Assembly (NCBI GenBank): GCA_002269645.1
Contig: NIVC01000927.1
Span: 124,001-188,000 of the forward strand
Direction: 5' to 3'
From: Macrostomum lignano
Lineage: Eukaryota
DNA length: 64,000 nucleotides
This document shows, piece after piece, positions 45,756-58,900 of this stretch (position 1 is its first letter; every line of letters starts with the position of its first letter). The position numbers and the translations under genes are program-made. Below the pieces are notes generated by a model. The model searched no databases. It was not told the DNA's origin and saw only the letters and a list, made by a program, of their open reading frames with translations.

Positions 45756-48700
45756 TCATCTGGCTGGATCCAACCAGTCAGACGCCCACACTGATGGGGG
45801 TCAAATTGTTACTAAAAAATCTCAACTTCCCGTGTCAGGTTGCACCAGCTCGCACAGTGCAGCAGCAGTACCGATTACCTATGCAAGGGTAGCAACAAGC
45901 TTCTGACTAGCACCTTCCCTCGCCTTTCTCTTCGCTACAATAAATAACAAATTACTGATTTGCTGAGGTGAAGGTTGTTCGCGCATGGAATGACTGAGAA
46001 TTTGACTGACAGCCGAGGGCACCCGCCAAGCAGCCCCATCGACTCCGCCCCCAAACTGCATGTCAGTCAAGCGCACTAAGAATATCAATTAGAAGGTCTA
46101 TACAGTATTAGACTGATGTCGATTGATAGACACTGGAATTGCCTAGACAAGTTCAGGCAGAGACTAGAGGCTTTACCCATTGTACGTATTTTTGCACAGA
46201 TTATTTAGCATTAACAAATCTTGCTAGTAATGACCCTGCAACATATGAACATGAAGCAGGCTGATGCTGGCAATCCTAAGTTCAAAAACAATTGAGTGAA
46301 ATTGCTTTAAAACATAGTGAGATTAGTTATATGTCTGTAAATTAACCAGATTTTTGCTTTCTTGATTGAATTTCTTACAATAATAAATCTCTGGCAAACC
46401 GACCGCCACCCTGACAACTGCAGTGCCTGCTCCTGCCAATCAAGTCCCCTTCCTGAGCAGCTGTCCCAACTATATGAGACTTTTCAGACTTGAAGCCACT
46501 CCACTACTCTGCTACTGTTCAATGCAGTGCAGACAGGCAGGAAGTGGAGTGAGCTGTTTTTCATAGAAAGCTGCCAACTTTCTGCTCCCTGCAGCTCCAC
46601 CCTCTCTTTGAGTCTCTGTCTCCCCTCTGTCTGCTGTTGTCATTCTCTTGCAGAAGAAGCGCGCCTTCGAATCAAGCAAAGAGCCCAGGGAGCGGATTAA
46701 GCCAGCCAGTGGCTCCCCTTCTCCACCCCCTCCCTACCGCAAGTCATAGAGAGCGGATTCTCTGTGTGAGTCACGGCTTGCATGCTGATTAACGTTAATT
46801 GTGTGCTCAAATCCACTTGTCCGCCGCGCTGCAGGCTTTGCGACTCAGCGAGTTTTTGCGGCGCTGCAGTAAGCAGATTTTCTGAAGTGGGTCTCGGGTA
46901 GCCATCTCGGTTCAATGCGACTGTCGCTGCTTCTTTTGCAGCTCCACCAACACTCTCTATCCAATCCAGGCTTATAGCTGTTGTCCGCTGATTCACACAC
47001 ACACCAGCTCACCTCTCCGTGACGGCACTGGGCTGGGTGGGAGGGGAGGGCAGAGAAAGGACAGACAAAGGACCCGTTTTCACTTTTTCCTCTAGCAGTG
47101 TAGCATTTGCGGTTGAGTCGCCTCTGCATTATGGTGCACGTGAAAAAGTCGCAATACCGTTTTCAGTCTGTCTGGCGTGTTTTAAAAAAATTATCCCTGT
47201 GACTAAATAGAGCGGGGGGACTCAGTGTTTACTCAGCGCGAGGGAAAATATAAGGAAATTGCCCTTGCAGAGAAAACGCCTCTATAATGGACCGGCCCGG
47301 TTACAGTTTCCAGTTTCCAGCGACAAATTTACAGGCTTCAAGAAGCCTTTAAAACTCTCCTATTTAGGAACAGTTGGAATGCCGAAGGAGTTGCCGACAC
47401 ATGACGTTGGAGACAAGCCGTAATCCCTGCGCAATCTCCGGATATTTTCCTAAGTCCTCGGAACCGGGGGAAAGTGACGCCCGCAGCTGACTGTCGCGCG
47501 CAGGTCCCGCCGTGGAGCGGCTTGGCCCCCGAGTTTTTGCTTTTCTAAGCCGACTATTCAGGCGGGCAGGCCGGGGGGGGGGTTCCTTTTTAAAAGAGAA
47601 AGAAAAGGAAGAAGAGAAATCAGGAGGATTTCAAGCTCTGACGAGGCAGGACTGGGATTACCGCCTGTTTTGGGAGTGACCCCTTACAAGTGACACCGGT
47701 GCGTTTGTTAATCAGCTGTTACAGCTGTCTGATTCTGTCTGGTCTGACTCATCGATTCGGCTTAAGCTGCAGAGACATGTATATTGGGATATAAGGTATT
47801 TGAATACTCCAAGATGCCAATCGGTAGCCCCCTTATCCACCCGGGAAGTTGGAATTCTGGCTGATAGCTAAAAGAGTGACACACGGACTTCCCTTGGGCT
47901 GCTTAGTCCCCATAATCCCTTTAATACTCGCTAAGAAATGGAGGGAGATTTGTGCAGATCCTATCCTTACAGCTATTAACTGTCACGGGCCTGCAACTGG
48001 CAATATTAAACTTTCATTTCGGTATTAGGGGTTTCAGACAGTCAGTCTCTGAGCTGTAACACGGTTCTCGAACGGAGAGACGAGGTTGCTGGGCTTGCTG
48101 AGGGGCTGATTTTAGGAGGAGAGCAGTCCCACCCCCCGCGGGGTAGATCTCGCCTTTCGCCGTCTGTCCTGTTTTGAGAAACCCGACAAGCCCGGTTGAG
48201 CAAAGGGGTTGCGCATGTCCTGACAAGACAGGACAAGACAAGCAAGCCCGTGTTCAATTGAGGGATTCGGGTGGTATCAAATTTTACTTTTCCAGTTAAT
48301 TAGAGGCTGTCTTTAACAGCCAAGGAGCCCGAGCCGTGGCCGGGAGAGACAGAGACCCGTTCTTAGATTGAGAGAGCACGGACTCAAGAATCCGCTTTCG
48401 CGAGCTAGTTAGCGAACGGGTGAGCGACAGATGAAAGAGAACAGAACCAAGACAAGGGAGGATCAGACTCTCACTCAACGGGCCGAATTGCAGTGTTTGC
48501 AAGCCATTAGCTCGGCAGGCCCATGGAGTTGAATCAATAATCCTTCCAGTGTGTCAAAAATTCTGCGATCCCACGGTACACAGCTGAGTATTGCGTGGGA
48601 TCGATCGGCAGTTTTGCAACCATTTTTTTCTCCTCCTTGAAGGCACCTGAATGCCTTCTCTGGCGCACACAGTGGTGAGGGAGGGGGCCACCCAGAATCT

Positions 48701-49289
48701 TTTTATATTGCATTGTTTCTCTCGGTGAAGACGTTGGTTGAGCCGACAATTGGAAATCTTAACAGAGAGCAACCCGGAACCATGAATATTGCAGCAGCTC
48801 CTTTGTCTTTGGGACAAGGAACAGGAACAGGGGAGGGGGCACACCTGGCGCGAAGGCTCAGCTAAAGGAATCAAAGGAATAGAAATGGAGTGTCGGCGCT
48901 GCATGTTAGTTTCTGAGCTACAAGCTATTTCCCCAAAAGAGTAAGATGCAGCTGCCTTTGATGAGTATACTCTTTGTATCGGCGCCTCTCCATTCCGTTA
49001 GCTGATACACTTGCGGCTGGCTGCGAAAAAAATTGGATGCAATGAAAAGAGATTGGAATACAATCATAATACAATACCAAACTGTGTTTCTTTTTGTGGC
49101 ATACGGGTGCCAAGGCACGCGTCTTTGCTTATTTTGGCACCCTGGCATTAGATGTTAGATTCCAGTACCTAGGCACAAGTCATTGACTACCGACAGCATT
49201 AAAAATATTCAAAGCTTTATGCCAACTGGCATTTAAATTGATTTTCAGCTTGGGATGCCATTTTTAAATCGCGTATCCAGCTACCTTTC

Positions 49290-49870
49290 ACTCGATCTAT
49301 GGTAGCTTATCTCGTGTCTACCTCTCGCTCTATGGTATCTTATCGCATGTCTACCTCTCACTCTGTGGTATCTTATCGCATGTCTACCTCTCACTCTGTG
49401 GTATCTTGTCTCGTGTCTACCTCTCACTCTATGGTATCTTATCTCATGTCTACCTCTCACTCTGTGGTATCTTGTCTTGTGTCTACCTCTCACTATATGG
49501 TATCTTGTCTTGTGTCTACCTCTCACTATATGGTATCTTGTCTCGTATCTACCTCTCTCACTATGTGATATCTTGTCTTGTGTCTACCTCTCACTCTATG
49601 GTATCTTATCTCATGTCTACCTCTCACTCTGTGGTATCTTGTCTCGTGTCTACCTCTCACTCTATGGTATCTTATCTCATGTCTACCTCTCACTCTGTGG
49701 TATCTTGTCTTGTGTCTACCTCTCACTCTATGGTATCTTGTTTCATGTCTACCTCTCACTATGTGGTATCTTGTCTTGTGTCTACCTCTCACTCTATGGT
49801 ATCTTGTCTCGTATCTACCTCTCTCACCATGTGGTATCTTGTCTTGTGTCTACCTCTCACTCTATGGTAT
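49290..49870. repeat. 33-bp minisatellite just upstream of Frizzled exon 1
   Basis: Unit CTACCTCTCACTCTATGGTATCTTGTCTTGTGT; ends about 55 bp before the ATG. Confidence 0.96.
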
Positions 49871-49926
49871 CCACACCCAACCCGTTCCCCTCCTCAATAC
49901 TCAGATCCCAAGTCCGTCGAGATCCC

Positions 49927-52900
49927 ATGAGCCGACAGCTGCTGCTGCTGGGCCTGCTGTTGGCACTGGTGTCCGCCTGCGGCTCCATCGAACGCTCTTC
50001 GCCGCCAACTCGGCCACTTGGCCTCGGCTATTCGGACTACCCGGACGGCCGGACGGGCCACTTTGGCTCCAGTCACATCCCCATAGCTGGCAGCCTGCCA
50101 AGCGATATGGGTTCGGGCAAGCGTTGCCAGCCGATCACTATACCGGTTTGCCAGGGCATCGGGTATAACTACACTTTCATGCCGAATCACTACAATCACG
50201 AAACCCAGGCGGAAGCTGGAATATCCGTAAGCAATGATGCATGTACTGCCTTTTGAATGCTCTGTGTAGCTCTTTGTAACTGCCATTTGAAGAGTTTGTA
50301 GCTCTTTGTAACTGCCATTTGAAGAGTTTGTAGCTCTTTGTAACTGCCATTTGAAGAGTTTGTAGCTCTTTAAAATTGTTCCTCTATGCATTGAATTCCT
50401 ACCTCTCACTCTATGTTAGCTTGTCTCGTGTCTACATCTCACTCTATGGTAGCTTGTCTTGTGTCTACCTCTCACTATGTGGTAGCTTGTCTTGTGTCTA
50501 CCTCTCACTATGTGGTAGCTTGTCTTGTGTCCACTTCTCACTCTATGGTAACTGTCTTGTGTCTACCTTTCACTCTATGATAGCTTGTCTTGTGTCTACC
50601 TCTCTATGGTAACCTGTCTTGTGTCTACCTCTCACTCTATGATAGCTTCTCTTGTGTCTACATCTCTATGGTAACCTGTCTTGTGTCTACCTCTCACTCT
50701 ATGATAGCTTGTCTTGTGTCTACATCTCTATGGTAACCTGTCTTGTGTCTACCTCTCACTCTATGATAGCTTGTCTTGTGTCTACCTCTCTATGGTAACC
50801 TGTCTTGTGTCTACCTCTCACTCTATGGTAGCTTGTCTCGTGTCCACTTCTCACTCTATGGTAACTGTCTTGTGTCTACCTTTCACTCTATGATAGCTTG
50901 TCTTGTGTCTACCTCTCACTATGTGGTAGCTTGTCTTGTGTCTACCTCTCTATGGTAACCTGTCTTGTGTCTACCTCTCACTCTATGATAGCTTGTCTTG
51001 TGTCTACATCTCTATGGTAACCTGTCTTGTGTCTACCTCTCACTCTATGATAGCTTGTCTTGTGTCTACCTCTCTATGGTAACCTGTCTTGTGTCTACCT
51101 CTCACTCTATGGTAGCTTGTCTCGTGTCCACTTCTCATTCTATGGTAACTGTCTTGTGTCTACCTTTCACTCTATGATAGCTTGTCTTGTGTCTACCTCT
51201 CACTATGTGGTAGCTTGTCTTGTGTCTACCTCTCTATGGTAACCTGTCTTGTGTCTACCTCTCACTCTATGGTAGCTTGTCTCGCGTCTACCTTTTACGC
51301 TATATACTATTCTGTCTGTCTCGTGTCTACCTTTCCTCGTGTCTCAGTAGTTTGCCTTCAATTTGACTTCGCAATTACCCGCTGTAGTAATTGCTAGATC
51401 GAAATCTACAACATTATCCCTTTATATACATCGGGGATGTTTACTCCAAATGCAATTTTAATCTTCTTGTTCAAGCTTTCGGAATCATTTGACTTCAATG
51501 CAACACAGAATTGGCGGAATGGCCTGTGACTGCCGGCTAAATTGCTATTACGGCATTTTGCATAAGGTAGAGATTATCTAATCCTGCATTCCATTACAAG
51601 ACTGCATTATCCAAGATTTGCATCAGCAAAAGAATAGAACTGGAGCTACGAGCTGATGTTGTTTTTAGGCAACAGAAATCCCAGTCAGCTGCAGTGATTG
51701 ACACATCATCCAGACCGATCAAGCATCATCACAGCCCGGCAGCTTGTGCGATCTGACAATTAAAGAAAGAAAAGTTTTATGTTTCACCAGACACTCTGGC
51801 CTACTAGCTGTTAATGCAGCCTTTCTTTCAGAAGATTTTACACTTTCTTGGTGTCCGGTTATAAGCAAAATAATCAGGCAGCCCCAAGATTCCTGAGCTT
51901 TTGCAGCCAGTGCCAAATATAATAATTATTGTTAAGCCTTTTATCGACGGCTTGGTGACTCATCATCAACCGGGGGCCCAGTTCCCGGTCCTAATTCCTA
52001 TTAATTTTCTTTCCTCTTCTCTGCATGTGCATCTCCGCGGCTCCATGGGCGGGAGGCACCTTCGCCGCCGACGTCTGCTCAGCGGGGGGTCCCCCCCCCC
52101 TGCCCCACCGGAGTCCTGGGCAACATCTGGGGGGAGGGCGGCCTTTCAAGGACCCCCCACCGTCTCAAGTGCCCTCCGTTTCGCTATAGCTTTGCTGTCT
52201 GTATATACATATGCATAATATTCGTTCGCTCTTTATTAAAAGCAACGTCTGTTCCGTCTCCCAAATTCTGTCGCCAGTTCTCCGTTAGACAGAATTTTCA
52301 GGGAATGAATGAATGAATAAAAGCAAAGCCCTTCTATGCCGGTTGAAGAGCCCCCCGAAATCACCCTCTGGCAATGCCAACCCCACCCACCCCCCGCTGG
52401 CAAGCCCACATGTGCTTAGGGTTACATCATCATTCCTCTGGCATTATCGAGCTGGCGGAGTACTCCAGCTCGCCTCTCTCTAACTCGAAAGTCTCGCTTC
52501 GCACCCCTCAGTCTCTGCTCTGTCTATTATTCTTCTCTATATGCTTAGTGGACAAAGACCCACTGCGTAATAATTGAGTCACGTGATCCACACAGTCGGT
52601 CTCTATCTTTTAGTTGCTTATATAACCCATTAGTAGGACAATTATCTTTTGTATAAAGCTATTGTATTATTGTATTCTATTGTTTAGACTTAACCCGCAC
52701 ATCCGCAAACTTAAAAGGTTTGATAGCTATCAGAACTTGCTCATCTCACATTCCTTTTATCGCTCCGTTTAGCGATTTAGAGATACTACTAGAGGGCGAT
52801 TCAGACACTGAAATCGGGGCGATTTAGACACTGAATTAGGGGTGATTCAGGCACTGAATTCGGGGCGATTTAGACACTGAATTAGGGGTGATTCAGGCAC

Positions 52901-55900
52901 TGAATTAGGGGCGATTTAGACACTGAATTAGGGGTGATTCAGGCACTGAATTCGGGGCGATTTAGACACTGAATTAGGGGTGATTCAGGCACTGAAATCG
53001 GGGCGATTTAGACACTGAATTAGGGGCGATTCAGGCACTGAATTCGGGGCGATTTAGACACTGAATTAGGGGTGATTCAGGCACTGAATTAGGGGCGATT
53101 TAGACGCTGAATTAGGGGGGGTTTAGTCATTGAATTAGGGGCGATTTAGACACTGAATTAGGGGTGATTCAGGCACTGAATTAGGGGCGATTTAGACGCT
53201 GAATTAGGGGGGGTTTAGTCATTGAATTAGGGGCGATTTAGACACTGAATTAGGGGTGTTTCAGGCACTGAATTAGGGGTGTTTCAGGCACTGAATTAGA
53301 GGAGATTTAGGCACTGAATTCGGAGTGATTTAGACACTAAATTAAAGGAGATTTAGACACTAAATTAGGGGCGATTTAGGCACTGAATTAGGGGCGATTC
53401 AGGCTCTGAATTTGAGGCGATTTAGGCGACTTTGACCTTTTTAGCTTTCGGATTTTTTGTGTAATTTTTTATCTCAAAAAAGCAGCAGTTTGCGGAAGCA
53501 GAAGCAGCAGATTTCTCTAACCAACAGTCAGCAGCAGAAGTGGCAAAGCTGCGAGGAAGCCAGAGGAAACGACAGCCGCAGGGGAGCTCAAGCAGGGGAT
53601 TTGGGAACTGATTTATTTTCACTACTATATACACGCGCTGCTCGCCACGGCCGGGCCCTAATGCCAATCCGATGATTCGCTCCCATCCCCCACATGCCAT
53701 GCAGCACAAGCTCTGGCCAGGCCCTGAGCAGTATATACAGTATGTATATATAAGATTCGTGTTGGGCGAAGTTGCCGCAGCTTACCCCTAGAGACGGGGG
53801 GGAGGGCAGCGGGGCGTTCTTCATCCGCTTCCCTCGGAGCTTCTCTATCTCTTTCTTCCTTTCTCTCTCTTTAGCCTCTGCTGCTCGGGTCGGGTCGGTT
53901 GGCCGGGAGGGGGGGACATGCCAAAGCTTTAGAAGCATTAGAGCAAGATGCAGAGTAGAGATGCAGCATTTTCGCAGGATGCTGCTGGGGACACTCACTC
54001 CCCCACCCCACACCCTGCCCGCCGAACTCAATCAACTCTCTTCGCCCCATCCCTTATAGCTACTCGCTAATAAGGCGTTTGGCTTATCGAACGAATATTC
54101 GCTCACTCTGTCTGCCCGACTCTTCTTCAGTTAGCTTCCTCCGCAACCCCGCAGTCATAAAGCACGCACAATGTCGCAGCTCCAACACGCTCTTCTTCCT
54201 GCTTCTGTCACGCCTTAACATTTGCCCCGCTTCCTGCTTGAGGACCAACTGATTGACTGACTGCTAACTCATTTGAGAAATTTTCCCAAACCGAATTAGG
54301 CATTGAAATTGTTATTATCGATTGATCGCTACGCTGCGGGTCTTTTTAAGCGTATTGGGGGCATTGATTTTTATCGATTCTCTGGGTCCCCGCCTGGCAG
54401 AATTCCTTCGGGTAGAATTTATCTATTCAATGTTTGTTGATTGGAATCTGGAATTGGAAATTACTGCCCGGCTCTGTATCTTCTGTTCTGTCCGGTTCTC
54501 TGTATCTTCTGTTCTGTCCGGTTCTGTATCTTCTGTTCTGTCCGGTTCTCTGTATCTTCTGTTCTGTCCGGTTCTCTGTATCTTCTTTTCCGTCCGGTTC
54601 TCTGTATCTTCTTTTCCGTCCGGTTCTCTGTATCTTCTGTTCTGTCCGGTTCTCTGTATCTTCTGTTCTGTCCGGTTCTCTGTATCTTCTTTTCCGTCCG
54701 GTTCTCTGTATCTTCTGTTCTGTCCGGTTCTCTGTATCTTCTTTTCCGTCCGGTTCTCTGTATCTTCTGTTCTGTCCGGTTCTCTGTATATTTGTTCTGT
54801 CCGGTTCTCTGTATCTTCTGTTCTGTCCGGTTCTCTGTATCTTCTTTTCCGTCCGGTTCTCTGTATCTTCTGTTCTGTCCGGTTCTCTGTATCTTCTTTT
54901 CCGTCCGGTTCTCTGTATCTTCTGTTCTGTCCGGTTCTCTGTATCTTTGTTCTGTCCGGTTCTCTGTATCTTCTGTTCTGTCCGGTTCTCTGTATCTTCT
55001 TTTCCGTCCGGTTCTCTGTATCTTCTGTTCTGTCCGGTTCTCTGTATCTTCTTTTCCGTCCGGTTCTCTGTATCTTCTGTTCTGTCCGGTTCTCTGTATC
55101 TTTGTTCTGTCCGGTTCTCTGTATCTTCTGTTCTGTCCGGTTCTCTGTATCTTCTTTTCCGTCCGGTTCTCTGTATCTTCTGTTCTGTCCGGTTCTCTGT
55201 ATCTTCTTTTCCGTCCGGTTCTCTGTATCTTCTGTTCTGTCCGGTTCTCTGTATCTTCTGTTCTGTCCGGTTCTCTGTATCTTCTGTTCTGTCCGGTTCT
55301 CTGTATCTTCTGTTCTGTCCGGTTCTCTGTATCTTCTGTTCTGTCCGGTTCTGTGTCTTCTGTTCTGTCCGGTTCTCTGTATCTGCTGTTCTGTCCGGTT
55401 CTCTGTATCTTCTTTTCCGTCTGGTTCTCTGTATCTTCTGTTCTGTCCGGTTCTCTGTATCTGCTGTTCTGTCCGGTTCTCTGTATTTTCTGTTCTGTCC
55501 GGTTCTCTGTATCTTCTTTTCCGTCCGGTTCTCTGTATCTTCTGTTCTGTCCGGTTCTCTGTATCTTCTGTTCTGTCCGGTTCTCTGTATCTTCTGTTCT
55601 GTCCGGTTCTCTGTATCTTCTGTTCTGTCCGGTTCTCTGTATCTTCTGTTCTGTCCGGTTCTCTGTATCTTCTGTTCTGTCCGGTTCTCTGTATCTTCTT
55701 TTCCGTCCGGTTCTCTGTATCTTCTGTTCTGTCCGGTTCTCTGTATCTTCTGTTCTGTCCGGTTCTCTGTATCTTCTGTTCTGTCCGGTTCTCTGTATCT
55801 TCTGTTCTGTCCGGTTCTGCATCTTCTGTTCTGTCCGGTTCTCTGTATCTTCTTTTCCGTCCGGTTCTCTGTATCTTCTGTTCTGTCCGGTTCTCTGTAT

Positions 55901-58900
55901 CTTCTGTTCTGTCCGGTTCTCTGTATCTTCTTTTCCGTCCGGTTCTCTGTATCTTCTGTTCTGTCTGGTTCTCTGTATCTTCTGTTCTGTCCGGTTCTGT
56001 GTATCTTTTGTTCTGTCTGGTTCTCTGTATCTTCTGTTCTGTCCGTTTCTGCATCTGCTTTTCTGTCCGGTTCTGCATCTTCTGTTCTGTCCGGTTCTGT
56101 GTCTTCTGTTCTGTCCGGTTCTGCATCTTCTGTTCTGTCCGGTTCTGTATCTGCTGTTCTGTTCTGATTGTTAACCTACTTAAATTTCAAAGCAAAGCCC
56201 CCCTGCTTTCTGTACAGGTCCATCAATTCTGGCCACTAATTGAAATTGGCTGCAGCCAAGATCTGCGCTTCTTCCTATGCAGCATCTATGCACCGATTTG
56301 CATTCAAAACTACGACAAACACCTGCCCGTCTGTCGGTCAGTCTGCGAGAGGGCCAGGAGCGGCTGCGCGCCCCTCATGCGGCAATACGGGTTCAGCTGG
56401 CCTGAGCACATGGACTGCTCCAGACTGCCTGGTAAGCGGTGCTGGTACAGGGTACTCGCATCTGGTACAGGGTACTCGCATCTGGTACAGGGTACTCGCA
56501 TCTGGTACAGGGTACTCGCATCTGGTACAGGGTACTCGCATCTGGTACAGGGTACTCGCATCTGGTACAGGGTACTCGCATCTGGTACAGGGTACTCGCA
56601 TCTGGTACAGGGTACTCGCATCTGGTACAGGGTACTCGCATCTGGTACAGGGTACTCGCATCTGGTACAGGGTACTCGCATCTGGTACAGGGTACTCACA
56701 TCTGGTACAGGGTACTCGCATCTGGTACAGGGTACTCACATCTGGTACAGGGTACTCGCATCTAGTACAGGGTACTCGCATCTGGTACAGGGTACTCGCA
56801 TCTGGTACAGGGTACTCGCATCTGGTACAGGGTACTCGCATCTGGTACAGGGTACTCACATCTGGTACAGGGTACTCGCATCTGGTACAGGGTACTCGCA
56901 TCTGGTACAGGGTACTCGCAGCTGGTACAGGGTACCCTCGCATCTGGTACAGAGTAGAAAGTATTAGTATCTTGTACAGATGGAAAGCACTCGATCTCCT
57001 AGTAGACGAGCACAGCGGACAGGTACAAAAATCTAAGAAGGAAGTCGGAATTCGAAGAACTCAGAAAGGAAGGACGCGAGAATCCGCCAGCACGCACGAA
57101 AATCCCAGTGAAGAGCCTGAAGCCTCTCCTCTCCCCGCCTCCGTTCTTCATCATATTCTACTCTCGCTTGCCTCCTTTCAATCATCTCTCAGCCATGCAG
57201 CTGGGGGCAGACTTTACTGCAGGTCTCAGGCCGCACTCACCTGCTAATGCAGCGGTTCAGAGGGGGAGAGAATCGAGTGCAAGCTCATGGCAAAATGCTC
57301 TGCTTGGGCGTGGCCTCGCGGGGAAGTCGGGATTAAAGAGACACGCTAAAAGATGGCGGCCTCCGCCTCCGAGGGCACGGGGAGGAAAGGAGAGGGTGGG
57401 AGGAAGCGAGTCGCATGGCGAAGGGGCGAGCTTAGATGAAGGCGAGAAAAGCTTTGGCTTTTTAACAGAGGGCGGAGAGAGGAATTGTTGTGCGCTCTCT
57501 CTCTGTGTATTTTTTCAATTCGCAAATATCCCAAATTCCCTCTAAGCCTAGCCTCAGAGCAGCCTCTCTGTTTGTTCCTCATCATCCCTAAACACGCGAG
57601 ACAGGCAGGCCGGGATGAGGGAGGGCGAGGACGCGTGGGATCTCGGGGAAGGTGGGAGCAGCGCGGGCGCCAGGAGGGATGAGAAGGGGAAGCGAGGGCG
57701 GAGGGGAAAGTGACAAAAATGAGTTTGTCACTCTGCCAGCTTTGATGAGGTGGCTGACGGGCAGGCGGGGCAGCTTTGGGGAGGGAAACATCCCATCGAG
57801 CCTGTCTAATCCCCGTCATCCTCTCGTCCGCTTTCAAGCCCGACTTTCGGTAGGCAGGTAGGAAATTAGTTTTGACGAATTGAATGTCAGCGACTGTCAG
57901 GACAAGCCGGAACTGACCGACAGGTCAGTCTGTTGGAGCTGATAAATCACACTTTCATAAATCATGGAAGCTTGGTAAAAGTGACGAGGCAGTTTCGAGT
58001 ATGAAGGCAGTGAGTATTAAGCAGTGGCGGACCCAGACTGGGTCAAAGTAGATCAGCTGAACACTGATCTACATTAGAATATTTGCACCTGGCATAAAAT
58101 TTTAGTGGTAAATAATAATATTTAAACAGCACGAGATGTCCGAGCTCACGGGGAGGGGGTCGTTGAAATTCTGTGGCTCATGGGGGGTTGAAATGCCAAA
58201 GGATCAATTGAAAGTTGTTGGTAGACCGAGCAAAGGTAGATCGAAGGGAGAGTTAGGGTTAAGCCATGGCTTAAAGGGAAGCTTTGATGCCAATGCTCAC
58301 AGGGGATGCTGATATCTTAGGCTAGATAGCTGGACTTCAATGGTGATGATTTTTTGCTTAAAGCATGATTTTCTTTAGGATACTAACAATAGTGACTGTA
58401 CAAGGTCAAATGCTACTTGTATAGTTTATTCAAACATTTTCATTCCTTTCTTTGTTGCCTCCCCCAACGGGGGGGGCGGTGATTGCTAGTCCATTATACT
58501 AAAATCGTTATCTACATTCTACTATTAGAAATTGGCACTAACTAGATTGAAGAGAAACTAGAATTAGGAAAGGGGCATAGCAGGAAGGCAGGGTAGGGTA
58601 GCCATGCCGACCATCCGGCGTGGAGTATGCTTGAGACTGAGGAGAAAAAAGCGGTAGCCCACGGCGTCTTTCCGCTTCTTCGTCTGCTGCTTCTGCTGCT
58701 CCTGCTGCTGAACCTCTTCTGCCCTGGCGCTGCATTAAAAGCTCTGCACTCAAAATGTTTCCAGGTTGAAGCGGGGAGGGGAAGGGGCGGTTTAAAAATA
58801 TGAGAAGCCGAAGATGATGCCCGATGATGACTAAGAAGCTGAGCCGAAGGAAGGGGCGGGAAGAATTTTAGACTTGAGAGGAAGTAAGAGAGGGGGAGAT

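Noticed and set aside
23060-47657. Shared 14-mer GAGGCAGGACTGGG at ~23060 and ~47643
   Set aside because: Several 14-nt matches are expected by chance in 64 kb, and the flanks do not extend.
54322-56967. 881-aa ORF and overlapping 450-580 aa ORFs
   Set aside because: Stop-free read-through of the 26-bp and 20-bp arrays; only 56218-56431 (Frizzled exon 2) is real coding sequence.
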